From Lama guanicoe (taxonomy: Eukaryota), in assembly GCA_013239625.1 (NCBI GenBank), contig MU053594.1, forward strand, positions 2,174,127-2,238,126: 64,000 nucleotides of DNA, read 5' to 3'. Of the stretch, positions 14,761 to 28,500 are shown piece by piece (the stretch's first letter is position 1; each line of letters opens with the position of its first letter). The position numbers and the translations under genes were made by a program. The notes below the pieces were generated by a model, which searched no databases, was not told where the DNA came from, and worked only from the letters and a program-made list of their open reading frames with translations.

Positions 14761-14893
14761 TTTGGGTTTTTTTTTTTTGGTGGGGGAGGTAATCAGATTG
14801 ATTTATTTACTCTTAGAGGAGGTACTGGGGATTGAACCCAGGACCTCGTACATGCTGAGCATGTGCTCTACCACTTGAGCTATATTCTCCCCC
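14761..14893 (-). mobile_element. tRNA-Ala-derived SINE (vic-1-like)
   Basis: Reverse complement of the SINE head (ggtactggggattgaacccagg...gagctata); flanking agaatgccc repeat. Confidence 0.88.
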
Positions 14894-17800
14894 AAGAATG
14901 CCCTTGCTGTCATTTTTACATTTCAGGTTCTCTTAAGTATAAGCAGCCCAGTATTTATAGGCCAAATACCTTTAAGATTATGGAGCATTCATTTACATGC
15001 TCTTTAGCCGAGAAATAAAAGAGGTATGGTACTGAGGAAAACTCAGTTATCTGTCACAGAAAAGAAACTAGAAAGTAACTAATGATGGTTATCCCTGGGT
15101 GGTGATATTATAGGTAATTCTTTTCATTTATACACTTTTAAAAATGTTTAATATAAAGCACAATAGATTTGATAATAAAAATGAATTATTCTTTAATGTA
15201 CAAATAATAACTTCTCACTTGGTAATTTCCCTTCTAGGAACTTACCCCCAATTCCTCCTCTCTAGGAAAACTGAAAATGCAGAGAGTTATATACACAAAA
15301 ATTATAAACCGCAAATTATTTATTATATGTGAAAACTTGAAACTGTATAATGTTAAATAATAAGGAAATTGCTAAGTGAAATAGGATTCATCTACAAAGT
15401 AGAACACTATGCAGCTATTAAAAATGCTTTATACAGTTCTATTTAATAAGCAAAATGTTTAGGCTATAATGGTAAATGGGGGGAAGATACAACTTATATA
15501 AGTGTATCTAACATGTGATCTCATCTATGGAAAAAATGCATTAAAAAAAAGACTAGAGGGAAATATGTCATAATGTCAAGAATGATTTATTCCTAATGGT
15601 GGAGGAATTAATTACACATGCACTTTTTTGTGCACTATATTCTTCTTTATACTTTCCACAATAAGAATGTATTTCTTTAATAGTCAGAAAACAAAAAGTT
15701 GAAGGGCACAAATGACTTTTCTGAAATTTTACTCAACAGAAAAAAAACAAAACAAAACAAAACCACGTAAAACTAGCCATCTGATTAGTTAGAAGGAAGT
15801 TCTTTGCTGGTGCAGTATTAATAAAACACACTTCTCAAGGACACTCCCAGCATAGCAAACTAGCAACCACTACTGCCTAAAATAGTTTAACAGCCTAAAT
15901 GCTATTATTCTTTTTCCATTATGCTAATTTTATAAAATTAGCTACTCTAATTCATAAATCACAAACCAATACGACAAAGCTTTTATGAAGTATTATGTTA
16001 GGAAGCTGGATTCTGCCACCACCTGCCTTCCCTTTTGTGTGCAAAATTTACATAGAGAGCTAACATGAGAACGCTGCTTCAGATGAGGATGTAATTACAC
16101 TTCTTAAACAATGTTAAGCTACTTGATAGAACAAAATGAAGCTCTCTTTTGTCTACTGATTTTTTTCCCCCTACAAGGCAAACAGTCTTGGATTTTCCCA
16201 GCTCTGTAGGAAATACATCACGTTTGAGTGATACGGAACAAGAGACGGAGAAGAGTTGATTAAAAATAAGAGTCCAGTTGTTCATCACACAGAAGTTTAA
16301 ACCGTAAAATTTGCCTGGGGTTCAAACTTGGGAAAAAAGACCTCTAAGTTTTAAAACACACAAACTTATATACTGATGCTAATGCATATTATACTGAAGA
16401 AACTTTTCTAAACAGTAAGTATAATTATGATATTTTGCTGATACTGGTCTTTATGCCATATTAATTGTTCTCACAGTATTTACTGTAGTATGTTCAGCAA
16501 TGAGAACCTCAAATAATGTTAAGTAACACTTTAAAGTTTCCACTAGCCATCTTATTTACAGTGTTTGAGTTGGTTGTCGTATTTATCAAAGATACAAAGA
16601 TTTATCCAGTGAATGAAGATAACAAACACAGCTTTAAACATCCTCTTAACAAACAGCAAGAAATGACTGTATCTGTGCTGAACAATTTTTAATGCAAATT
16701 ACCACCGAAGCTCACAGACAGAGCAACTTTGTAGGACTTGAGATTCACAGGACCTTTTCTCTTCTTCAATTCCTTGGTATTTCCCTTACCTCCTCATCTT
16801 TGATATCTCCAATCACACCAAATTATCCCGAACATTCATACTCACTCACCTTAAATTCACACTATTTCTTTTTATATGTTAAGAACACTTTCTTACAGAA
16901 AAGCAAAGGAAGATGGGTTCTGCGGACTAGAAATTTCACTTTTACCTTAAATCATTTTACACACATATCCTGCACACACAATTCAGGATCTGAGTGCTCT
17001 TTCGTGATCTGCCCTGTGCCATCAGCTACAAATGCGTGGTTGATCTCACTGAGAGCCAAACCCTGACACTACTACACAGTGCCCCCTAGCTCTACAAGAT
17101 ACATCAGGTTAAAAGCAACACGGTGTGAAGTGTCAACCTCAAGAAAAAGCGTCAGTCACTATCAGCTCCATGTAAGCAGTTCTTAATAGATACTCTATTA
17201 CCTAAATTTGACCTAATAAGTAACAGCTGACTTAATTAACTCTTTCGACTAATACTGGTAAAAGCTGATGAGAACAAAATATTATGAGCTCATGGATTTG
17301 GAATTCAACCACCTGACAATATAGTTCAAAAGCTCTTTGTAACTGAAATTTGCCTGACTTTTAGAGTCATTAAGCAAGGACTCCTATAAAATACACATTA
17401 AAAATGTCTTCTTTTCATGTAATTAAGCGGGGAAACAGCATGGCATTAGGCCAAGGTTCTTTAGAGGAATGGAACCAATTTCTTCGTTTTTAAAATTGCT
17501 GGGATCAGGTTAATCTCACTAGAGTCACATTATCTATCATTACAAACTTAACCTAAATTGCTAACTCTGGTAAATTTGTGAGAGGAAAATTTGTGACCTT
17601 CGTCCTGATGCTTAAAAAAAAAAAGTCGTCGGATTTGGGCTGCCTCAGGATCAGCAGGGGAAGGCAAAAAGTGAGGATAACATAATGACATACGTCCTTT
17701 CTTTTTGGAAATGGACTCCTTCACATTAAGCAAAACTTCTAAGAACAGCTACGAAAATCACTCAAGTTTTCAAACGTCCCTCACCTCGCACAGCCCTTCT

Positions 17801-18379
17801 GAAAGAGTCCTACGTTAGTCCATATTCAAACTCTGGAACATTCGCACTAATAAGGGGAAACACTGAATCGGATGAAAACTGGGGGGAGGGGGGTGCGGGG
17901 GGACAAACTGAAAAAGGATGAAACTCCAGAACAACTACAATAATGTAGAGTACGTCAAAGACACAGGGTTTTATTCTAAAGAATGGTTTTGTTTCTCCTG
18001 TTTTCTAAAGTATTTAATTTGCACGTCTTAAAATAGAGACCCTGAGGAGAGCAGCTTGAGGCGGTGAAAGAAAGGGGGGCGGGTTAGGTAAGAACAGAGA
18101 CTTGCGAGAAAATCTGTGCGGTGCATTAGAATGTGCAATGGAAGGGGTGGGGGATGCTGGCTTCACCGTCAGGAAGGAGTCCAGGGCTTTATGAGTATAT
18201 TAGCAGAATCTGGTGTGGCGTAAGGAACGCGTATTCACAGCCAGAATGCACACCTGGTAAAGGGATAACCTAGGATAAGAAAGAGCAATTCACCAACTGT
18301 GCAAATGCAGAGATGACCATTTTTAATCAGCTCTATTGTCTGGAGTATTAGATGGAAATGCCTCAGGCACGATATCCAG

Positions 18380-19700
18380 CTCGCCTGACACCAAATCAGG
18401 GGCACTGTCGGGCAAAGGGAGGGAGAGAGGTAGACGGTGGCATTCCCGGCCACGGGGCCCCTTCCTCGCGGCCCGCGGAGGGGCGCCGCGGGCACCGGGA
18501 CCGCGCGAAGCCCCGTCCGGGGAGTCCGAGCGCAGCGGTCCCCTCCACGGGGCTGGCGACGTCTCTCACCGCGCAGCCCAGGAGCACGGAGACTTCCCCT
18601 CCCACCCCACCCCCAGCTGAAAGCAGGGAAGACGCGGAACTTGGGCTCCGGAGCGGAGGCCACAGACCAGGTCACGGCCCGGGTGGGAGGCTCTGGGCGA
18701 AATTCCGTGTGGCCAACGGGGTGGGGGGGGGCCTAGGGAAGGCAAAGCCCCGGCCGGTCGGGCTTCCAATCGGACGACACTCGGGTCCCGGTGACCCGGC
18801 CCCGATCCCTGCGGCGCTCACCGACCCCGGGACCTCCTGGGTCCTCACACTCCCAGGCCCTCTCGCCCCAGCTGGGGAGCCGGCCTCTCGGACCTCCCCC
18901 GGCCCCCGCTGCGGCCGCCCCTCTCGGTCAACGGCTCCTCTCCAGAACCCTCGCCTCGGACGCTCCCGCCGAGCCCCGGGCCGCACCTCCGTCCTGGTGA
19001 TCCGGTGCCGCCCCAGCTTCACCACGGCGAAGTTGCCCTTGCCCAGCGTGCCCTCGATGTCGTAGAACCCCACCCGGACCGGCCCGCGCTGCAAGTGCCT
19101 CGGGCCATCCGCCATGACCATGCTGGGCCCCGCTGCTAGACACGGCGGGCTGGAGCGCGGGCTGGCGGGCGGCGGGCGGGCTGGCGGCGCGGCGCGGCTC
19201 GGCTCGGGCGACGGCCGCTCGGCTCGCTGCTTTGCTCCGTCCCTCCCGCTCCGCAGGGCCCAGCCAGCCCCGCGCCGCCGCTGACGTGCGCCGACGTCAG
19301 GGGGCCGGGGCCGAGGGGCGGGGGCGGGACCGGGCCTCAATTGGTCACCATGGCGACCGGAGCACCGCCGACGTCGGCGGCGGGAGGCAGAGAGGGAGGG
19401 AGGACGGGCGGGGCCTGGACGGCGCGTTCCTTCCAGCTCCGGCGCCCTCCGCGCTCCCCGCCGCCGCGCCGCTGCCAGGGGCGGGGTCGCCGCCCGGCCC
19501 GCCCAGTTCCCCGGCCACCCAGCAGAAGGGCAAGAGCGAGCCCTGGTGGGCGGAGCGGAAGGCTGCAGGGACCCGGGCCCGGCCCGGGTCTTCTTCCCCG
19601 CCGCGGCGTTCTCCGCCCACCCGGGGACCTTCCCGCCAAAACCTCTCACCTCTGAGTACTGCGCGTCCTAAATTTGGCTTGGGCAGACAACTGCGGCTGA
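18380..19700. promoter_or_regulatory. CpG island and promoter of SIK2
   Basis: Very GC- and CpG-rich block spanning exon 1; GC boxes at about 19315-19328 and 19478-19486; CCAAT on the minus strand at 19340-19344; TGACG motifs at 19282-19299. Confidence 0.92.
18987..19121 (-). CDS. SIK2: SIK2 coding exon 1 (135 nt; [45 protein letters not shown])
   Basis: ATG at 19121-19119; glycine-rich loop GKGNFAVV; matches the SIK2 N-terminus as I recall it; donor GAG|gtgcgg with GT at 18986-18985; phase 0. Confidence 0.97.
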
Positions 19701-20139
19701 GCAATGCATTGCTCACAGGCTCCTTTCTTTGTATCCTTTTCTCATCCGTTTCTATATAAATCCCTCCAAATTTGATGTCTCTGAGGAATCATTCTGACAG
19801 CAGCACGGACGCTTATAGACTCAAGGAATGTGGGCGTTGAGGAGACCCGAGAGATCACTTAGCACAGGGATTTGGAGCCTCAAACGGGCTTTGGAGCCCG
19901 AACCTCCTAAAATGTATGCAAATTTTTGCCACTCTTGAGCTTACCTCTGGGGAGATGGGACTAAGGCTTTTATCAGATTCCCAAATATGTTGGTGACCCC
20001 TTTAGGTTCAGAAATACTTATCCAATCCAGTTTCTTTTCAGATGGGGAATCAACCTCCAAGGAATGAAGGGAATTTCCAAGGTCACACGGGTAGTGCTAG
20101 AGTTAGGATGGCACATTGCGACACCAGTCTTACATACGA

Positions 20140-21385
20140 TGTCCCAAGGAAACAGGTACAGCTCTTTTTAATATTTTAGAACATATTATGTGCCTCTACA
20201 TCTTGGTTTCTAAATGCCAGTCTCCACTAAAAGGACCCAGCCTCTGGAGAAATGGCTGATTCCTGGCAGAAAGAGGGAAAGTATAAAATGCCCTTGGAAG
20301 ATCTTTTGCCGGAAAGTGAGATTTTCAAAGAATAATGAGAACATGCCCAAAGAAAAGAGGAGCCAGTTTGAAGGCACCTCCACTTACCAATCTGGGACAG
20401 TTTGAATGCCACGAATGAATAATGATAGAAATGGATTATAATGCAGTGAGTTTTTAAAAAGAATCCACGAGTGCTTGCTTATTCTTACAATGTTAAATAA
20501 ATAAGTATAAAAGGGGGAGAAATGATAATTCTTCCTGATGATACAATGCCAGTTAATACACATAGAAAAAATGATGAAATTAGGAAATCACCATTTTGCA
20601 ACCATATAATTGATTCAGATAGAATTATCAATAGATGTTAAAATCATTGGGTGACAGTTTGCTGGGGAACAGGATATTTACACAGTCTCAAAGTATCCTT
20701 GGATTTCTTATTCAGAGGGATAAAAACAGTACTTTCACTGCAGAGAAATCTGATAGACACCACCATGACCAAGTGATCAAAGTTAATGTCACCAGTTATG
20801 GGATAAAGTGACATGATGTGCCTCCTGATGTGACGTACTGAGAAAGATACAGTATCTCTTATGTAATATTCCTGTCAAAAATACATATTCTGAATCTAAC
20901 CCCCTCCAAAAACTATCAGACAAATACAAATTGAGAAACATTCTACCCAATCGCTGGTCTGGGCCAGTTTCCTAAAAGACTGAGGAACTGTTCTAGATGA
21001 AAAGATTAGAGACAAGACACCAAAACCAATGTGTGACCCAGGATTAGAAGAAAAGTCCTATAAAGGAAAGAATAGTTTCAGGACAATCGTTAAAATTTGT
21101 ATATGGGTTGTATATGAGATAATAGTATTCTTTAAATGGTAAGCTTCTTTAATTTTATAATTGTGTTGCGGTTTTTGACAAAGAACACTCTTATTAAGAG
21201 ATACACACTAAGGTACTTAAGGATAAAAGTTTTGATATATGCAACTTGTTCTCAAATGGTTTAGCAAAGATCAATAAGGCAAAGAGGCAAAAATGTCAGT
21301 TTGATAAGTCTAGGTAAAAGGTATATGGTAGTTCACTGTATTGTTCTCGCAATTTTTCTGTCGTTTAAATTTTTAATGACAATTA
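20140..21385 (+). mobile_element. L1MC-type 3' region
   Basis: Motifs tggctgattcctggca, gaccaagtgatcaaagttaa, cagacaaatacaaattgag. Confidence 0.7.
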
Positions 21386-24300
21386 AAATATTTATATATG
21401 TATACATTTTAGTCTATTAATTTAATTTTATTATCTTAATTTATTTTCTATTCTTTGTATAAGATCTTCTGGCTCTTGGGACCTCCACCTGCTCACTGTA
21501 CTTCTGCTGGTCATTATCCCCAAGCAATACCTGATTCTACTGTGAGTTATGTTGCTTGTCAAAGCAAGGAGGAAATTGAGAGGAGGATATAAGACTGATG
21601 AGATTTCTGGATTGTGAGGAGTAATGTATGAAGTTTCATGTAAGTATACCAGGAGCCCACGTATGTACCCCAGTTCAAAAATAGTTCGCATATCAATTTT
21701 TCCAGCTAGATTAATGTGTTTTAATAGCTTTGGGGATTTTTCCTTTGGGAATCCAGTGAAAAGCTACTTGCTTAAGAACGTGAAAATACGCATAGGGACC
21801 CACTATAACTAACTACCTCCTCTTTTAAAGTACGTCTTTTGAACAGAAATTCAGACCCATTTCTATCTGATTATCTTAAGCAAATAACCAGGCCAACTAC
21901 CTCCTTGCACAATCTGAGAATAAGATGTGACTTGGGGCTGGAAAGAAGAGAAAGGGATGGCAGGGAGCACCAAAGGGTTTCTGGCAAACCAGAGTTCAAT
22001 GCGGATGCTGAGTGTCTAGAGGTTAGAGGTAGAGAGGCTAGAGGTCGGGGAGAGGTAGGAGGGGCTGTGCCCAAAATCAATCTTGACCTCTTGGAAACAC
22101 AGCAGGTGAAAATTCCTGGTAGGTTGTCAATGTAATCCTGAAGAGATACGTGTGGACTGAGAATACAGCGAGCTTGGAATCTGTGGTCCAGCTCTGCTTC
22201 CTGGGTCCAAAAGATCTACTTCTCCCTCTCCGATTTCAGCCCTGTATGTCTCCTATGTGCTTTTGCTTCCATTAATTTGTAACTATATGCATTTTAGCAA
22301 TTATTAATATTATCCAAGTCTTGCTTTCCTCTCCCCTTTCTCTCTCCCTCTTTTTCCTCTTTCTCTCTCCGTACGCTGCCCTCCCATCCCCCACCTGCAC
22401 ACATACCATCACGACTCCGCCCCTCAGGAGAAAGAATAAAAGGGAAAAGGGAGAAAGAGATGATAAGAGAGGCTTCTTACAGTTGACATCTTTCTCATCT
22501 TCAGTTTTCGTATCGATGAGGTGGAATGCTCTAGTCACCAGACTTCTTATTGGCTTGGCCTTTAAAATCCAACATTCCCAGCTAAGGCTGTGAGTCCACT
22601 ATATTTGCCTTTGAGTTGATTAACAAAATTTAAGCTAACACTTAAAAAGCCAAAAAGGGTATACACATAGAAAGAATTAATAAAATGGTGAAAGTCTGAG
22701 ATTAGAATTAATTCTATAACATACTTAACTTAGAATAAAATAGACTCAGAATGAAAATGTGGAATGGGGGGAGGAATTAGCAAAGAGGTAATGAAAGAGT
22801 AATTTGAAACGTGAGGAAAGAACACTTCATAGCTCACAGTGCTATGTATATTTTGCTGAAGGAGACCCCATGAACTTGAAAAACAAAATAGGTACCATGT
22901 GTTTCCTTGATTGTGAACAACACCTGCACTTTTACTGTTGTATCATTTTGGGCCAGAATGAACGTCAATACACCGGTAGGCTCAGGTCTGAATTCAGAGT
23001 TAGTTCAAATCAAAAATTGGTGAAATCTTTATTAAATGACATTGCTTAGAAAAAAATAGATTACAAGGCTAGAAAGAACACTTTGTCTTTTATGTTACAA
23101 AAGGCAGAAAGTATGTCAGAAAATCCAAATCACTGACCTGTGCCAGTTACAAGTTCTTGTTATTATTATAAAATACAGATATTCCTGAAATATGCATCCA
23201 TCTGTCAGGTTAACGAACAGGTGGGTGCCACTATGTTTGAGGTACCATTATGGAAATAAACCAGAGGATTGACATTATTTAAAGAAAACTTTCTTTGGCT
23301 CTTTTAAAGGATGGGTAACCATGCCCTGTTTTTAATTTTTGAAGTGTAGTTGTAGTTGTGATGGATCTTGTCTAAATGAAGAACGTGTGATTCTCTCTAA
23401 ACTTTTGAAATAATTTCAAAATTTTTGTATCTCCTCCCAGATGACAGATTTCCTGAGGAACTTAAATTTTAAAGGGATCTTAGAGAGAATCATATGAGTC
23501 CATCTTCCCATCTGATACAGAAATCTCTAGACTTGAGGCATGACATCAAGCCTTGGTTTACTACTTCATGCTTCATTACATGTCTCACTTGTGATCTACG
23601 TGAGATAGTTCATATCAGGAGAAAATACATCCTTGTATTGGCTTCATGGCTGCTGTTTTCTGACTTCTGTCCATGGTTGATTTTCTCTGGTGCAAGACAT
23701 CTCAACCACACACACACACTGATTGTCATACTCTTTCTTCAACTCTCCAGGCAAAGCATTCCCCAATTCACTGTCTAGCTGACTGTTTCTAGCCCTCTAC
23801 CCTTTCTTCTTGTGCTTCTCTGGACTCTGGTTTCCAAGTCTCTCTTAAAATAGTGTTCCCAAAGCTGAATGCAGCAGCCCAGGGGTAGTCTAAGCCCTGT
23901 AGGATCCTTTGACCCAGACGTTCTACTGAGATGAATTCAGCCAAAGACTGCGCTAATTTTCTTTTTAGCAGCCACAGCCTACAGTTAAGCTTAAAGCCAA
24001 CTAAAACCTCTGGGTCTTTCGAAATAACAATTATTGTTACCACTTTCTTGGGCAATTGTTTTTTTTAAAAAATGGAAATGGAAATTCTGATAGCTAAAAT
24101 GTCATCTGGTTGACTTTGCTTATTGTTCCAGATAATAGAATTGTTTGGATTCTTCACTCTGCCATCTACCGTATCACCTCATCTGAGTTCTCTGAGCCAA
24201 GCAAATTCAGCATGCCTTCTCTATCTTTACTGAAGTTATTATTTTTTGTACCACCACTCCTAGTACAAGTGTGTGGCTTATAGTAGGTTCGTGACTGGAT

Positions 24301-24469
24301 TGACAAACTGGTAAATAGGGCAAAGTTCATGGGCAGAGTTTTAGGGCTTGTCACTTGACATCTTCTAGTTTGACTTCCAGCAATTTATGAGTCAACATTC
24401 GTTTGATTTGGTTTTTCATATAACCATGAATTCCAGGAAGATTCTATGTCTGATGCTGCTGGGGGAAGA

Positions 24470-24729
24470 CTTGTTTTTATTCTTATTTTTTATTGAAGCA
24501 TAGTTGATTTACAATGTTACTTTCATGTGTACAGCAAAATGATTCATTTATACATATACATACATATATATTTTTTCAGATTCTTTTCCATTACAGCTCA
24601 TTAAAAGAAATCGAATATAGTTCCCTGTGCTATACAATAGGTCCTTGTTATTTATCTATTTGATATATAGTAATATGTATATCTATTAATCCCAAACTCC
24701 TAATCTATTCTTTTTCCCTCTGGTAACCA
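24470..24729 (-). mobile_element. 5'-truncated L1 3' end
   Basis: L1 3' UTR; TSD ctgctgggg(g/t)aaga at 24456 and 24730. Confidence 0.8.
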
Positions 24730-24859
24730 CTGCTGGGGTAAGATTTTAAAGAGGGTCCTCAACATTCTCATACAAATGTTTTAATATATAAGCTGCTCTG
24801 CTCTCAGTTGCTTTCCCTTTAGTTCATTCCTTTCTATTATTGGAGTAGTTGGTTAATCT

Positions 24860-27800
24860 TCCCTAACCCCACCAGATTGTGAACTTCTTTGAGGGTACGG
24901 ATCACATCTTAGTCATTTTTGAATTCCTTAACTTTTCACCAGAATTCAACAAATGCAGTTTAGTTTGACGTTTATTGCGTCCATGTGCTAGGCACCGTGG
25001 GAGACACGGGGCTTGCAAATGTGAATAAGGCGTAGTCTCTGTCCTTGAGAATTTGTGGTTTAGAACGAGAGCTCTAAAATCTGATAGCTGTAGTGTGAAT
25101 TGTGGGTCTACGACCTACTAGCTGGTGACCTTGGGAAAGCTGCATAACCTTTTTCTGCCTCAGTTTCTCATTTGTTAAATAGTGCTAGAGAGAGCACCTG
25201 CCCCAGAGGATGACTGTGAGGAGGACGGATACATAAACAGATACTTATAACTTAAAGAGGCGAGAGCTAAGATAAAGCATCTGCACAAGGAGCTCAGAGG
25301 AGAGGCAGTTAGCTCAGTTTAAGGGTTCGTAAGAGAGGCTTCCAAAAGATGAAAGTTGAGCAGAGCTGCAAAGGTCTACTAAGAGTTAGACAGCTGAAAA
25401 AAATTGGACAAGCATTTGAAGAAGAAACAGCATGAGCAGTGGTCCCGAAGGTATGAAAAGACATGATGTGCTCAGGTAACTGTCATCAGTTGAGAGTCAG
25501 TGATTTCCAGTGTCCACAGACAAAATGGGAAGATACATGGGACCAGATCATGGAGAGCTCCTTCCTCCCCTTCTAGCCAGACTGCTGCTCCTACACCCCT
25601 CCAAAGAGAAAGTCAGAAGTTGCAACTGGGTGGGAAACTGCTGGAACGATGGATTCCAAGTGTGGAGCAATTGATTCCAACTGTGGCGGTGATGAGATGT
25701 GAGGGCTGGGAGAGAGATGTTGAGAATTGCTACCAGGTGTTTGACAGGAGTGTACAGATGCAATCAATTACCGAATGCTTACCATGTGCCATTCACTCTG
25801 CTGGGCACCAAACATGAACGTGCAAAGGTGGGTGAAATAAGGCCCCGACCCTCAAAGAGCATATAATCTATTTCATTCAGACATTTAGTCCTTATTTCTC
25901 TAATACATATAAAGGTACCGTGAAAGCCTGTTAAATAATTTGCAGAAATCAATATATATTATGTCTGTGTACTGGAGCGAAATGAGTTGTGCTAGGGGTC
26001 AGATGTTCTACACTGTCATTTACAAGCTCTGGATACATAATTCTGGAGCTTGGTGGGGAGATCTAGGCTGAAAATTTAGAGACTGATAGTTGAAGTCAAG
26101 AATGTGGGTGGTATCACACAATGGGAAAATAGAGTGAAGGGGGCAGGTAGGTATAGCTGAGTAGTAGAGAGCATGCTTAGCATGCACAAGGTCCTGGGTT
26201 CAATCCCCAGTACCTCCATTAAAAAAATAATAATAAAATTTAAAAAAATTTTTAAGAGTGAAGGAAAAGATGTTGCTCCTTATTGCCTCCTGCTAGTCTA
26301 GGAGCCTGTCTCTTACAGCTCAAGGAGATAAACTCACAGATTCATGGGGCCCTGGTTTTGAGTTTGTGCCATTATGACTCATCTCTTAAAGGAATGAACC
26401 TTAAAGTAAGTAAATAGTCATCCTTTTTTAATCTTCAGTCTTGGAAAATGTGTTATATTATGAAAACTGGCCATATTAGCTACTAATTTACTAATGGACC
26501 TATTCTTTTTGATTTTATGGGTCTATTATGGGAGCTGTGAACATATAAACTTCAGTTTTTAAAAAATAGAATCATATTCAGTTTTGGTGACTATTAATTT
26601 TAACCTAGTTTTAGCATGTATTTTTAGGCTAAGTGTTTGTTGAATTTATGTTGGTAACTTCAAAAATTATTTTAAAATTTGCATTTATTTTTGGTCTTGA
26701 GAAATGCATTTATTTGCTTAGTTCACTGGGCTAAAGATAACAAAATGCACAAACAAGGCAAAAAAAAAACTCCATCCTCCCCCCACCCATATACGCATAC
26801 AAGAAAGGAGTGTGCAAAAGAGGAGAAGACAGAATCCTACAGCATTTATTTAGCACTCACAGGAGTGAGCAAACAGGGGGAAGTAGCCTTCCCTGTCGAG
26901 GAGGAGAGGCCAGAGAAATAGAAGGAGAATGGATCAAGAAGGAAAAATTGGTTTTTAATCTAGAGAGAGGAGCGTTTAAAGGAGGAGGCTTCAAGAAGAA
27001 GGGAGTGCTTTCAATCCCTGAAAAGATGTCAAGCAAGATAAAGATGAAAAGAATTCATTGGATTTAGTTATGAAGAGATAATTGATGATCTTTGCAGAGG
27101 ATTTCAGAGTACTGAGGGCGGAAGCCAAACTGAAGTGAGTGGGAAGAAGTGAAGAAAAGTGAGTGTAGACCATTCTTTCAAGAAATTTGTCTGTTGAGAA
27201 ACGAAGATAGAAGAGGATGCGGAGTCAAGAGAAACTTGGCGTTTTGTTTTTAATTGGTAAAGAATTGAGCATTTCTGGAGTCAGAAGAGAGAAATATTGA
27301 AATAAATATTTATCTATAGAGAGTAATGAAATCTTGAACACAAGAGTCAGGAGCCGAGATGTCTCCTTTACTCTGATGTGGGCAGGGGAAGGAAGCCAGG
27401 GCAACTGTGGCTGCAGGTGAGTGGGTGGTTTGCAGTGCAGGAAGTTTACTCCTGGCATCAGTTTCCTCTGTGAAGTAGGAAGCAGATTATCTGCAGTGTG
27501 AGAGTGGAGGAATAGGAGGGTATAGATGAGTTGTGAAGGTCTGAAAAATCTGCTATGAGAATGGGAGATGAACTTGCTGAGGACACACAGAAAACTTCCT
27601 GGGCAATAAGAAACTCCAGGAAGGTCCAAATGAGGCCAGAAAACCATGAAGTGGTGGAAATACCAATCCAAATGGTCATGGGACTTTTTGCAACCACGTT
27701 TGGTAGCCTGGGTGTCAGACTGATACAGGGCTGGAATTTGCTGAGTGGATCCTACAGAATGTCAAGGGAGTTGAGGATTTAGCAAGAAAATCACTGAAAA

Positions 27801-28500
27801 AAGTACCATATAGTATGGATAGAGAAAGAAGTGAAGATAAGGAAAGGCAGAGAGACTGATGAGAAAATGGAGGACTCAAGAGTCCAGAGCATAAATGAGC
27901 TGAGAGCAAGGACATGAAAGATCTTGAGAAGGAGCTATGTCTATGCCAGTACATTTAAGTTAGATATGGTTTTAGATGAGGATAAGATCTAGGGGATACC
28001 CTCAAAAAGGATGATTAAAGTGAAGAGGAATGGTCTACCACTTTCCCCATTGTATGCCCAGTTACCTAACACAACGCCTGGAGCATAATACATTTTTCAA
28101 TATATATTTGTTCAAAAAAATGAATATACATTCTATATCTTCCCAGTATATTATGCCAATTCTCCTCTTCCTCACATAGTTTATTAGTTTACTATAATTA
28201 TGGTAAATTCTCTGAAAGAACTGTACTGCTTGATATGAGATTGTATAACGTGGGGACCTGATTTAGTCTGGGGTGTGGGGGTCCTAAGGAAGAGACATGT
28301 AAAGTAAAGAATCAGTAGGAGTAAACCAGGGGATGACAGGTGGGGAGAGCCTCCCCAGTGAAAGTGAAAAGATTTCTGAATATCTTGAGGTGGAAAGAAG
28401 CTGAGAATGTTCCAACTGAATAGTAAGAATGGAGGTAGAGGGCTGGGGCTGCAGGAGATCATATTACATAAGGTCCTATATATATAAATCATGAAGTACA
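24860..28500. mobile_element. Mosaic of ancient L2 and MIR fragments
   Basis: L2 motifs (tgtgctaggcac, gaccattctttcaagaaatttg) and MIR core (gtgaccttgggaaag...ctcagtttctcatttgt at about 25125-25180). Confidence 0.6.
26141..26254 (+). mobile_element. tRNA-Ala-derived SINE (vic-1-like)
   Basis: Head gtatagctgagtagtagag...gggttcaatccccagtacctcc; TSD agagtgaagg. Confidence 0.88.

Noticed and set aside
17881..17902. G-rich tract, potential G-quadruplex
   Set aside because: Common near CpG islands, and nothing indicates a specific function
18235..19759. Many overlapping long ORFs, including a 325-aa frame extending SIK2 upstream
   Set aside because: Stop codons are depleted in CpG islands and the translations are low-complexity R/P/G/A; only 18987-19121 is supported
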